Source: Acanthaster planci
Lineage: Eukaryota
DNA: 64,000 nt
Assembly: GCF_001949145.1 (NCBI RefSeq)
Contig: NW_019091355.1
Coordinates: 5,667,068 to 5,731,067, forward strand
Reading direction: 5' to 3'
Under the pieces are notes generated by a model. It had not been told where the DNA came from. It worked only from the letters and a program-made list of their open reading frames with translations, and ran no database searches. Positions 34,664-46,800 of the stretch are shown in pieces (positions within the stretch are counted from its first letter, which is position 1; the number at the start of each line of letters is the position of its first letter). The position numbers and the translations under genes were made by a program.

Positions 34664-37600
34664 TCAGAACTCTGTGGATTTGCGCTGGGCGAGGTAAGCT
34701 GCAATTTTCTCGTCGGAAGCTACACGGGCCTGCCACGCCTTCAGCTTGGGGTACTTGTCTAGTATTGTGGCATTGTCTCCCTTCACACAGTATTCGAACG
34801 CATTGAAAACGCTGATGTCTGCTAAGCTGATCTGCCAGTGGAAAGAAATTCAAATAAATATTCATTATGAGTTCCCCGCCACAGTTCTATAATTCTTGAG
34901 CTGTGAACATGCGCCAATTGGACACCTCAGTTCTGAATGATCAACATCTCTTATCCACAAGGTAGAAAACTCACAACTTTACTCACTCCACTTGAGTGAA
35001 TGCACTCACTTGTCTGTCCAATAGATACAGTAGTGACAAATGATAAGAAATATTCACCAGCTTAGTAAATAAACCATGCACTCCAGACAAACATTCTTTC
35101 CCAGTCCCACCTTGTCACCGACGAAGAAGCCATCTCCACCATTGTTCTTAGCCAACGACCCCTCCAACCTCTCCAGACCAACAGGCAGGGCTTCATCGTA
35201 CTTCTTTTTAAGTTCAGCCTTTAACCATGAAATGAATTGTGAAAAATAGACATAATGGTCTATTTGCTTAAAGCATATTTACCCTAAATTTAACTCTTGT
35301 GAAGGTAAAACATGAATTTATATAAACTTCATCAGTTACAAAAGTCTTTTTCTGACTTAAAGCTTTCGAGTGTTCCAACATAAGGCCTGAAAGGCTGGTT
35401 CTTAGAGGCGAACATGAAAGCAAGGCGAATATGATGGCATGTAAAATGCAAAATCTCGCATTTGTTCAATTTTTGCCAATTCGTACCGCAAACATTTGAT
35501 CTGCCCCCTAATTTGCGTTTGTGTTCGCTTTTGCATTATCATGGGCCGGCCTTTATGCAGGTAAACAGGTAGGCCCCCCTAATTAAGTCTTCAGGGTGGG
35601 ATATAATGAGAAAGGGAGCCTAGGGGCGTAGCTAGCGGTTTCCGGGGAGGGATTGCAAAATGAGGAATCTTTTTCTGGAAACATACCCCATCAATTCATC
35701 GGAAAAAGATTTAAAACTTGATTGGAAAGGGGGGGGGACTGGCAAATGGTCGCAGGGAATGGACACATTGCCCTTGCGTCCTGGATTACGTCATTTGGTC
35801 GGGGGCCTCAAAATTTACCACTTATACTGACGAAAAAACTTGAATCACAAATATACCAGCGACTCTCTTCGTTTGCAATTCATTTCCTCGATAATAAAAT
35901 TCAACCAATCTGTCTCCGACAGATTTGTTGTAATTGTGAATAATGATCCGTGTGGTATGTGGAATGGTGTCTCACCTTTCTCGCTTCGTCTTTTTCGAAC
36001 ATGAATTCGCCAAAGGGCTTCATCATGTCGAACACTAGCTCGCCAACAACGTCGATGGCGGCGCCCTCCCAGTTACTGGCACCGTATAGGTCTGCAAGGA
36101 GCAGAGACACGCAATAAAGAATATGTTTTCTATTATCCAGATTCCTGACATGATCTGATACAAGCTGTACGGCTCTAACAAATGCACGTACATTGTACAG
36201 TGTAGTTCATATCCTTAGTCACAATACCGTACGCTTTAAAACATTGGGTTTGTACATGGTTATGTATTTTAGGACTGACAAAAACAGATTGCAAAGCTTA
36301 TAGATTGGATGATTCCATATAAAGCGAAGATGGAACGAATTGAAGCTATAGCAGTGACACTTACTGAATTCTTTTGCCAGATAGTAGTTTATGGCCCTAG
36401 ACTCTGGAAGTACTTTGCCGTCAACTTCAAGCAATGGGAGACGTCCAAACGGTGTTGCTGTCAAGAGAGACCATTCGAAAGATTTCGTTAAATAATTCGC
36501 ACAATAAACGCGGTTATTTGCTTAGAGTATGCTTTCACTGTCCCATACAAGTATTTTCAGACAAAAGGGTTTCAGTGGTGGAGGTTTTTAAATCAATAAT
36601 TCGCTGATCAATTTCCCTTCGAAATTAAAAAATAGCTCGTGGTGCAACTTCACTTAATATTTCGCTCAAGGTTGTTCACAGAACCTGCTTGCTACTTTCT
36701 GGAGGGAAGAAAATCCATAAAGTTAGTTTTTATTTTCACACGGTTAAGCAATAATTTTCGGTCGCATCATTAATGGCCCCTAAAGAAAAAATACTTTTAT
36801 CGTTTTTTTCAGTTTACTACAAACTTTCTTCCAGTAACCAAAACCTTATTGGAGCCAAAACTCGGGGGACGATTTAAGCTGTCGCACTCTGTCTCCATGG
36901 ATACAGCGTTCAGCGCCAGTGGGATGTTTGTTGGGATGCATGGCTAATAAGCCGATATTTCCTTGCTGGCAAAAGTAAGAAATAATCGCCACGTTGACTT
37001 GAAAGGGAAGAGTTTGCGCATTCATTGCGATTACACAACTGTTTGTTTGCTCTTTAAACACTTGAGAACGTGGCGAAACCTTATGGGTGCAGCTGTAGTC
37101 TGGCCGCGGGGCACGCAGCTGTATAAAAAAAGAACACTGGATTGGCCATGGAGATATTAAAAGCATGATTTGCATGAGAGAAACAGAGCATGCGCAAAAA
37201 AACTAAAGATTGGGGTGAGAATGGGGCTGAAAACCTGGTGATCTGGGTTCATGCACGCTTGCAGTGACATATGGTGATTGTCTGGGAGTAAGAGATTTAT
37301 ACCGCAACATTTATTTCAGCTACACCCCCTCTATCTCGTGAATCATTTCTCCCAACACGTGTTATTTCAAAACAACGTTTACCTTCAAAACTTGTGCACC
37401 CATAATAATACAGCTTATCCCATCTGCACATAAATCCTTACGGTCAACTTAATACGGTCATATCCCATTCCGTTTATTGTTCTTTGTGTGTGGTTGGGAG
37501 TATTCCGGTGTAGAAGAATTTTGAAGTTTTCTCTTCAAATGTCTGTCGACTCAATGACGCATTAAGGACTTCTGTCTCTAAACTGTTCCAGCTCTCGCAT

Positions 37601-38059
37601 AGTTAGTTCCGGGTGAGATCTCCCATCAATTAAAAAAGTCTATCAAAGATGTTGACTCTTAAAATACCCGTGTGTAACTTACCTCGAGCAACTCAAGCCT
37701 TAATGCTCATGTCATCTGGAAATTCACGATTTTCAGATACCAAACAGGAAGGGCTTCACTATACACAAGTGCATGAGTAACTCACCTCAAAAGATGGGCT
37801 TCATCAACAATCTCAAAAAGGGCAGTGACGGATAGTGGTCAAACTCGGTCTTTTTAGTGACTGGGCCAATTTTTGAAAATGTTTCCATTTTCTTTGGACT
37901 CCATGTGCTTTTCAATCCAGACTTACTTGGCTTGATTGCTGGCCATTCCTTTTGCTGGAGTCTGACGTCTTCAAATTCCTGCCCGGCGATCACAAACAGC
38001 ATACGGGCTGATTCTGCTAGGCCACGGATGTCAAAGTAGGTGAGCTTGTACTTGGGCAT
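34664..38059 (-). CDS. GSTS: Sigma-class glutathione S-transferase, copy B (205 aa)
   Basis: Exons 38059-37927 ([44 protein letters not shown]), 36457-36365 ([31 protein letters not shown]), 36091-35976 (NLYGASNWEGAAIDVVGELVFDMMKPFGEFMFEKDEARK), 35218-35111 ([36 protein letters not shown]), 34831-34664 (ISLADISVFNAFEY...KYPKLKAWQARVASDEKIAAYLAQRKSTEF*). All GT-AG, intact. Confidence 0.95.
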
Positions 38060-41000
38060 GATGAAAAAGACGTAACTTGGGCTTGGCGGAAGGAAGGGAC
38101 CTGTTGCACACTGATTGCAACATGAAATGTGCTCCCCAGTCTTGAAATTCAGAAGTGTTGAGCCGCTCCCTTTTTTGGTCACGTGATGTTATTTAGTATA
38201 CATGTATATTTACACGCGCACTGCTCCACCCACGTAAAGCATTTGCTTGTTTGCTCTGGGATTATATCATTGATTATGCGAAGGCTAGTTGGGCTCATTT
38301 GTGAGTGTTAAGAAAGGCAGCTGAAGCCAGCGCCATGCAGTAAGCCGGCTGGTTCAAACATGATGGAGCTCTAACCAAACAACTTGTCCCTTTTTTTCCT
38401 ACAGTTTGTGTGTAGGGTATGTTTTAGCACGGGACCTGCACCTTATCTTCCAATATCAGTAGTGATTTCCATCCGAAATTTCAAACCGAGCATGTGATCA
38501 GCGTGCCACCTGGCCACTCTCCTAGCTCAGCACCCGCGCGTATGTTCATCTAGCACTGCCGGTGTATCAGTTTTAGTTAATACGTGGAATAGAATGGGGC
38601 GGTGCATGACAGGGGTAGCCATAATCCGGTCTGTGTTCCTTCCTCCATGCTGCTACCAACGGCTTCGAATTTTGATCAAAAGAGGCAGCGATGAAGAGCC
38701 GTACTAGCCAGTTGTTCGATACTTGTGCATGCCATAGTCTCATGTGGAGACGCCGCACTGCTGTTGCCAACATGGAGTGCAACATAAAGTGTTAAAAATA
38801 TTTCTTTTAAGGGTTTTCCTGAAGATATACCCCACATATATATTTACAATGGACGTTTGTAATCGAACATGCATGATAAAGGAGTGCAAACGTTTTTTAA
38901 AGAGATATGGAGCCATTTCATGCAACATCGTCATTAGGAGCGACTATCGATCCTTGACATATCATAAACTGATTTTTTATCGACATCATTAAACCTTACC
39001 ACATTCTACACTATTCGAATATCAACTGGACTTTCGGTTTGGCAATGAATTACTGTGACAGAATAAAATCACAGCAAACCTGATTTTTAAGTTCGTGAAT
39101 CTGGCTTTAAGAAATTTTTGCAAGATAATGACTTTCAGGATGGCGGTTTAGTTCAACACTGGCTCCATATTTATGTGTTTCATATTCTTGTGAAAACCCT
39201 GGTTGCCAGAATATCATGATTTTTTTTAAAACGAAGACAGGAAATAAACGAATATTCACTGCTCGAAAACTCTACTGCATATTTGATTACGTAAGATTAT
39301 TAACTAATGAAATAATCCATCCAACGTCTCGTTTCCATCACAAAAGCTCACCGGCGTTCCAGTGTACGATCCTAAACAGTAGACCTTTTTACTAATAAAC
39401 GCATGTACGCATGTGCACAAATGACCTTCATGGCGGCAAGAAGTGTGAGCGGGCCATTGAAAATGTACTGAGTGTGACTTCGATGATCATTTTCTCTCAG
39501 GTATTCTGACTTATTTCAGTTTTTTCTTCTGAAAATCCCATTAAATCGTTTTTGCTCTTAGTTTGTAACATATCCTTGTTTTTTCTCCTGTCTGTACTGT
39601 GCCTCTCCTTCATCTAGTACTGCGCATGCGCTGACTGTACGGCGTGTAAAGCTTGACTTTTTTGATGATTTTCCTTGGACTCTCACAATCTCTCCGGTAA
39701 GCTAGCGTTCCTGTGTATTGCAGCCGGTGTCAAAGTAGGCTTGAATCTAGTCGGACTTATCCTGCTCTTCCCAGTCAGCCATCCCTTCAATTCGCTCTTT
39801 GCACGCTGCAGCCACGAAGAAAAGTCTACAGCCAGTCCGCGTCATTTTCGAATTCTACACGACTGGTGAAAGGACCATCAATTTCATTTACAAACACGCC
39901 CTCTTTTGTTCCGCGCGGATAGACTCGTTCATTATAATACAGGTATGAGCGATGGAAAAAGAAGTCCGGCAATATGACTGCCTGCTGCCACTTGGTGATG
40001 AGCTCATTTGCTGTGTACAAACAGTTGGCAGATTAGTCTAGACTGGCTCCCGTCCCGTTACGTAGTCTCCAGACGTCTTACAAACGTCTTCTGAACGTAT
40101 GGCAAGGAAGGTGTAATTATCATATATGGGCGTGGTTAACTGCATGCTCGATCAATTTAGTGGACAGTAAGAAACTTAAGCGCTAAGGTAAATGTCGGCC
40201 TTTACTTTCCTATTATAAAAACATCCTCCAACCAACTAATTCCCCACCAAGAAAAAATACTACACGTAGCCTATAACCCTCAGCTTGTAGGTTCTAAATA
40301 TAACGCTCTTTTAACAGAGCTACCATGCGAATCGGCCAAAAACGCAATTTTATTATGCCTTATTCTTAAAAGGTTGTGCACCCCATCATCGATAATTGTC
40401 CCCTACCTTCCTAAACGAAAAACGCATGGGCAACGGATACGCTCATTTTATTACACTTACCCCTAACCTTCCAAGGAAAACAATTACGCCGTAGGGACCG
40501 GTAGCGGGCAATGAATCCGACAGAATCCTGCCGGGTGTATGTAAATGAGGAAACATGGCAGCTCAATGTAGCGTTCAAGCAGAAGCTGATGGCATATTTT
40601 GCTTTTTCCTCTTCGTTACTGATATCGATATGTCCATATTTTTTCATAGTTAAACAGATATCATCCCAACACATTGAGTGTAAATTTGCTATTTCCAGAC
40701 GGACTGAAATGGTATTGAAATGAAGAGAAATGAAGAGAGGTCATTAATTTCAAAATTTCACAACGTGGAGTTATTATTTATATCTCACGGCGATTATTAC
40801 AACATTGCCCTCACATTTCACACCAGTTTCAGTTCAGGGATGAGTGTATTTGGTTCAGAACGTATTGCACTTCTTTTGCTGCCTTAAAACCACTCTATGA
40901 AGGCAGGAAAATGCAAACAAGCAAATTGATTCGTTGCCGTAAATCATAATTAATCCCTCGATGTTCATTTGGAAAAGAAAATTGATATTTTGAAAAAGCA

Positions 41001-43251
41001 CAGCACAGCTTTAAATGGACCAGGTAATGGAAACATTTTACTAAAATCCTTGAAAAAATGCACCGTGGTGTTTTAATTAACCTCATTTGCAATTTTGGAT
41101 CTATTTTATCTGTATTTTGGGATCTCCTTGGTTTTTATGCCAATATGAAATGGCACATTCATGAGAAAAAATGTGGTGTAATCCGAGGCACCGAACCTCA
41201 ATTATCGCATTGATATTTTGTGTATAAAAGCATTGCTAGATTTTTACGCGTAGCTGTCAAAAAATTTGTTTCCTATGTATATTGCAAATAAGTCAAAAAC
41301 TAACCTTTTCTCGGGAACGTTTTCAAAAAGCAAATTTAGGGTTCAAAATTTGAACATGAAAACATACCTACTGGACAGTGTTTTCCCATCACTGATTACA
41401 CTAACAGCGCCCTCACTTGTTTAGAAAAGGTTGGTCCATTTAGAATGTTGAAAAAACAAAGGCCCCTAAGTGAACTGCTACTCCGAACAAATTTCCGTTT
41501 TCATGCATTAAAGAAAAGTTTAAGCATACACAAAAGGTGATTCCAAGCAAAATTCATGGCATTGTTCCTTTAATAATGACTGAGTCCACAAATGCTTTCT
41601 CATCAGTTAAGAAACCAACCAAGAAGACTCCAGTCACACAAAACCTTATTTTTTGTCTCAATTTTATAGAAATCTCTACCATGCCCCTTGACAAAAGTAA
41701 TTTTTTTTTTCAAAATAGCTTGAATTAAAGTTTGGCTTTAAGGGGTTACTCTGTTGCCATAGTCAACTAAAGTTTTAAGTTAATTATAAAATAAACACAT
41801 TCAGAAACTGATGAGCGGTCTCACAAAAGTAGCACTTTAAACTTTAAAACTTCATTTTACAAGAATAAAAGAATCAGGAACTCTGAATTATTGAAATATA
41901 CATCTTCAAAATGAATAATTCTACATTCACTTGTAAGAATAAAGTTCTACGTTTGTAACAGTTTGGATTATCGTTTTACATTGGAAACAAAATCTCAATT
42001 GAGTTATGAATCTTTGATTCAATATTCAAATCAACCTATAAGACAAGACCGTCAAAAAGAGAGCTCCATTTTACATGATAGTTTGCGATGTTTTGACCTC
42101 AAAGTGAATGTGCACACTGAGATCAACAAAAGCAGTTTCATCTTCCCAAAGTGTGCACATAATTTACAGCCTTCACTTCTGCAATTATGTCAGTAAGCAT
42201 TGATGCTGACACAAGGCCAGTTCATACTTCAGGCGAAAATGATCAGCAAGACAAATTTGACGTCACAAAACTTTTGCAGCATTATGCTCAAGGTGAAAGG
42301 TGTTCAATTTCTCCAAAGTCGCAGCATGAACACTGGATTTTGATATCACAAAATCAGTATGAACCAGCCTACAGGGGGGCAAATTGTTTGAGGTAATTGC
42401 TGATCCAATATCACTATGGAGTGCCCAATGTGTACAATAATGGCAAAGATTGCTTCTAAAGCCAAAAAGACCAAATTGAGATCCAAAGGCCTCGTTGAGT
42501 ATTAACAAGACACCTGAACAGCACATTCAAATGAAAACATTTAGAACACATATTTCAAATGTAGATTTCCCAGTTGAATATCATTAACCTGACTCAGACA
42601 TTTATATTTTCAGACTGATTCAGTCTTCTAAAAGTATTGATGTATCAAGGATTAAATCTAAATACTAAGAATCGAACAAACTTGACTTTCTTGATTAAAT
42701 CTATGTACATTTAAAATTTCTTTACAATAAAAAAGATTGACAATACCTGACTTACTGCTATTCATAAACGACGTCCAATCTTGGATAGTCTTTCATTAGT
42801 AAGACCACTGATAATGACACATTGACTCAAACCTCATGACTCAAATCCACACCCTTGATTTGATGGCATACTTAAACCCAGAATGTCCCAGGCAAGTGCC
42901 TGGTGGATTTTCTTGCTTTATGAGGATATCACACCTCTTGCTAGAGAACAAACCTAGACTTGATTCAAGACCATCCAGCAGATAGCACTGCTGAAGAGAT
43001 TACAACGATGTGGACCTTAATTTTGACCTGAGACAATCACCTCAGTTGTTGTCCATCACAGTTTCCTATCAATGAATTGGGGATAAGCAAACTGGATCTA
43101 TATGTATCTTGCATCAAGGCTCATATTTCATTGACTGTTTCAAGGCTCAATTAGCAGCACCTCCAGAATCATGATGTATTACTTTGCCAAGTTACAAAAA
43201 TTCCACATCAATACTTCTTGGAACAGTGTGATAAAACCATTTTACACATTC

Positions 43252-43257
43252 TTTATT
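43252..43257 (-). terminator. Candidate polyadenylation signal (AATAAA) of GST-A
   Basis: First minus-strand AATAAA I see downstream of the GST-A stop (about 590 nt), followed by GT/T-rich sequence. Confidence 0.45.
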
Positions 43258-43511
43258 GTATCTGGGACTGCATATTTTGGGTATTGTATCAAAAGAGGGT
43301 CCTATCCAAAGTTATGTGCCTAGTCAATGGGTTCTCAGCCCAGTAAGTGAAAACTGGGCTTTCCATTAGGAACAGTGTTGTACCAGGCAGTGCTGTAATG
43401 TTAATCTATTGCACAGCACTTCACTTCAGCCCAGCACAACTGCAAAGGTCATGTCATCAACAGGTCAACTGCTAAACCAGTGCGTGGTATCTATGAATAC
43501 AATTAGTTTTG

Positions 43512-43800
43512 ACCAAAGATCGTATAGCGCCGCAAACGGCGCAAGATGGCGAACTTCACCGTAAATACACGTAAAACGTTGTAATTGCATAGGCGCCATT
43601 TGAGCAAGCGGTACGCCTGCGCAATGCACATTAATGCAAAGGCGCAGGTGCCGCGGAAGGCATGTGCACCAAGTGAGCCTGCGCCCAAGCATTACCGTAA
43701 ACTGCGCAGGTGTATCGCTTGCTCAAATGGCGCCCATGGTAATTACATCTTTTGGGTAGAGTTATCCATCTTGCGCCTTCGGTGCTATACGATCTTTGGT
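43512..43800. mobile_element. Palindromic MITE immediately downstream of the GST-A stop codon
   Basis: ACCAAAGATCGTATAGC...GGCGCAAGATGG...GGCGCCATTTGAGCAAGCG...CCTGCGCA mirrored by TGCGCAGG...CGCTTGCTCAAATGGCGCC...CCATCTTGCGCC...GCTATACGATCTTTGGT. Confidence 0.85.
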
Positions 43801-43844
43801 TCTGACATTCAAAATCTTGCTGAGCTTTTGAAACTGGCACCTCT

Positions 43845-46800
43845 TTAAAATTCTGTCTTGGGGCGAGTCTCTATCCACTTGGCAATGTTCGGTCGTTCCA
43901 TGACCCGGTTGCGGTGAGCAGCTAGCGCTGGGAAGTTGTCCATGCCCTTATCATTGCTTTTCAGGTACCAGTCACCAGCAATCAACATGCAGAAATCAGC
44001 CAAGGACATCTATGAAAGAGTAAACAGCATGTTAGGGGGAAACTTGCATGTTTTGCCAACTTTGTAGAGCTTTACTGGCACTGTTTTTGCCCCTCTTGTT
44101 TTTTTGGAGGGGGGGGAAGAGTGCTTCAACAAACCATGCTGATACCATTTAGTGAATCAATGGGTAAGGACTTAGTTGTACATGTATTATTTTGTCAGTC
44201 ATGTCTGGTGTTAAAAGCTCAAATAACTGAAAAAGCCAAATGGCATTGCTGTTAACACTGAAGCAATTTCCGTTAAGGAATGTTCAATTTGAGACAAATG
44301 ACGAAACTTTGTCCCCTGTTCCAGGGAAACCAGCAGAATACAGTAGGGACTTTGAACTCAACTAGGATGTGGGCCCAGGTGGGATTGGAACCTGGTTATT
44401 AGAGGTGGAAGGTACATGTACGTTGAGTGTACCAGAGCATCAGTATGACTTTGCTGCTCCCATCAAGAAAACTTGGGAAATGAATTTTCCAAATATTGTC
44501 TGGATAAACAGGAAGACGATCAGCGAAACCATTAGCTCAAATCAATTAAGCCTCAATGAAAATACAATAATCAAGGAAATGGTCACACTTTTTCCAAGTT
44601 GAGAGTTTCCTCATTTTGCAATAAATGTCATCAATGGGCACACAGGCAGAGAAAAAAATGCACCTTGAGATTTTGCAAGGGGGGTCATTCCAAAACAGTA
44701 TTGGCGGCAGTTTCGTATAAGAAAACCCAGGGCTTCTTGACAAGACGTACCTTGTTTCCGACAAAGTATTCCTGATCTCCAAGAAGCTTTCCAAGGCGCT
44801 TCAAACCAGCCGGCCCCTGGCCCTCTTCAGAGTAATATTCATCCTTTTTCTTGGCCTGAGAAAAAAAACACAGAGGAACGACAAGAAGATGAAGATCAAA
44901 TCTGAAACCCTTTTATTTTTTACCACTAACGTTTAGCCTACGTTATTAATGCCACACAGACTGAATTGGTGGCTACAGAGAGGTAATGTACCTCATGTGC
45001 AGAGCTGTAGATCTTCAGTGTGTCAGTCACAAGTCAGTCCACAAGTCAACTCACGACTTATTTCCCAAGTCATTTCACAAGTCAGCGTGGAACTGGTGAG
45101 ATGAACAATAACAAAGGAATGCCTTTGTCACAGTTAATTTAAATAGCTTTAGAGTTGACTTGTGGCTGAATGACTTGTGGCAGACTTGTGGTGACTTGTG
45201 ACAGACTTGTGGTGACTTGCAGTGACTTGTGACTGACTTGTGGTGACTTGCAGTGACTTGTGACTGACTTGTGGTGACTTGTGACAGACTTGTGACTGAC
45301 TTGCAGTGACTTGCACTGACTTGTGGTGACTTGCAGTGACTTGTGACTGACTTGTGGTGACTTGCAGTGACTTGTGACTGACTCGATTACAACTCTGCTC
45401 ATGTGTCTCAAAATCTCCTATTGTCTCCCCCCCATCAGCATATTTACAACTTGCCAAAACATACATGTAGCTCAAAGTTAAACATTTTACTATACATGTA
45501 CAAAAACTTGGAACCACCTCGATAATGGTAAAATGTGGTCAAACGCTGAATGAAATTACAAAAAAATTGAAAACAGGAAAACAACATTTGACTACAAGTG
45601 GAGGTAACTCTAACCTTGGTCAGTCTCATCCATTATGCAGGAAACCACTGTGCCATATGCAAACCAATTCTTTGTAAATCAACTTTCGAGAAGCACCAAG
45701 TACTGAATACAGCCTGCACTCTACTGTGCTGGATCTTGCCAAATTCTCCAAAAACCTTTGAGTGGATTTGGGAAGATACAGGACAAGTTAGGGTTAAGAC
45801 AGCAATTCAGAATTAATGTCTTTCATCTTGCCTTGAGTGCCTCGTCTGGTTCCACCAAGAACCGCCTCAGTCCCTGCAACAGGTCATCAATGGTTTCAGT
45901 CACAACATCAATGCATGCTGCCTCATAGTTTGTGGAGCCATAGAAATCTGCACAAGAAAATCAGTGCTCATGGTTGAACCAAGTTAACGAAAGGTGGAAA
46001 AAGAGGAGAAAGTGAACTGTCAATTTAGGCACTAAACTGAGCCATCCCCTCCCAAAGCCTCCAAACAAAAATGTCAGATTTGAAGATGGCAAAGCCTGAG
46101 TAAGGCCAACACACAGACATGAAGTACTGTACATGCTAACGCAAGGGTTACTGAAGGAAAGAACATGGTCTAGTACATGTATCAGCTGGTGCACATGGCC
46201 AGCCACTTGCGAGTTAAATTTCAATAAAATCTGGTACCCTGTGTTATCTGATTGCATAGATAGAAACGTAACAATTTGAATTCCCCAGACTAAAGACACT
46301 GTTGCTATACCTCGTGATCTGGGGCAAGCTTTTGCATAGCGACCACCATCTCTGGATTTGACTGGTTCCTTTGTGCCCTTCATATCCATTGAGAACAGTG
46401 TACTGTTGCAAGGCGTCTCTTATGTAACTAAGGAAAAGCTTGCCCCGAATCACGAGGTATAGCAACAGTGGCTTTAGTATGGAGAATTCCAATTGTTACG
46501 TTCACGTGAATTTAAAGAACTCGGTGTACCAGATTTTATTCAAATTTAACTCGCAAAAGGCTTATTTACTGGGGCAAAGTTTGATTGATTTTGAGGGAAT
46601 GTGTACTGTTTTGCCAAGGAAACACCTACGTACCAAACTCCCGAGCCAGGTAGCGGCTGAAGGCTTTACTCTGTGGGATACACAGATCATCCACCTGAAG
46701 CATTGGCAGCTGACCAAGAGGTGTAGCTACAAAATAAAACAATTAAAACTGTATAAGATTTGATACCAGGATTCCTGATGAGGCATACAAGGTTAATCAA

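Noticed and set aside
38573..38785. THAP-domain-like ORF
   Set aside because: Only a vague resemblance; C2CH zinc ligands not present.
41950..43200. L1/Tx1-like or other coding relic
   Set aside because: No diagnostic motif could be read in any frame.
45139..45517. Repetitive Ser/His/Lys/Thr ORFs or a CRISPR-like array
   Set aside because: Translation of a minisatellite inside a hAT MITE; no unique spacers; eukaryotic intron.
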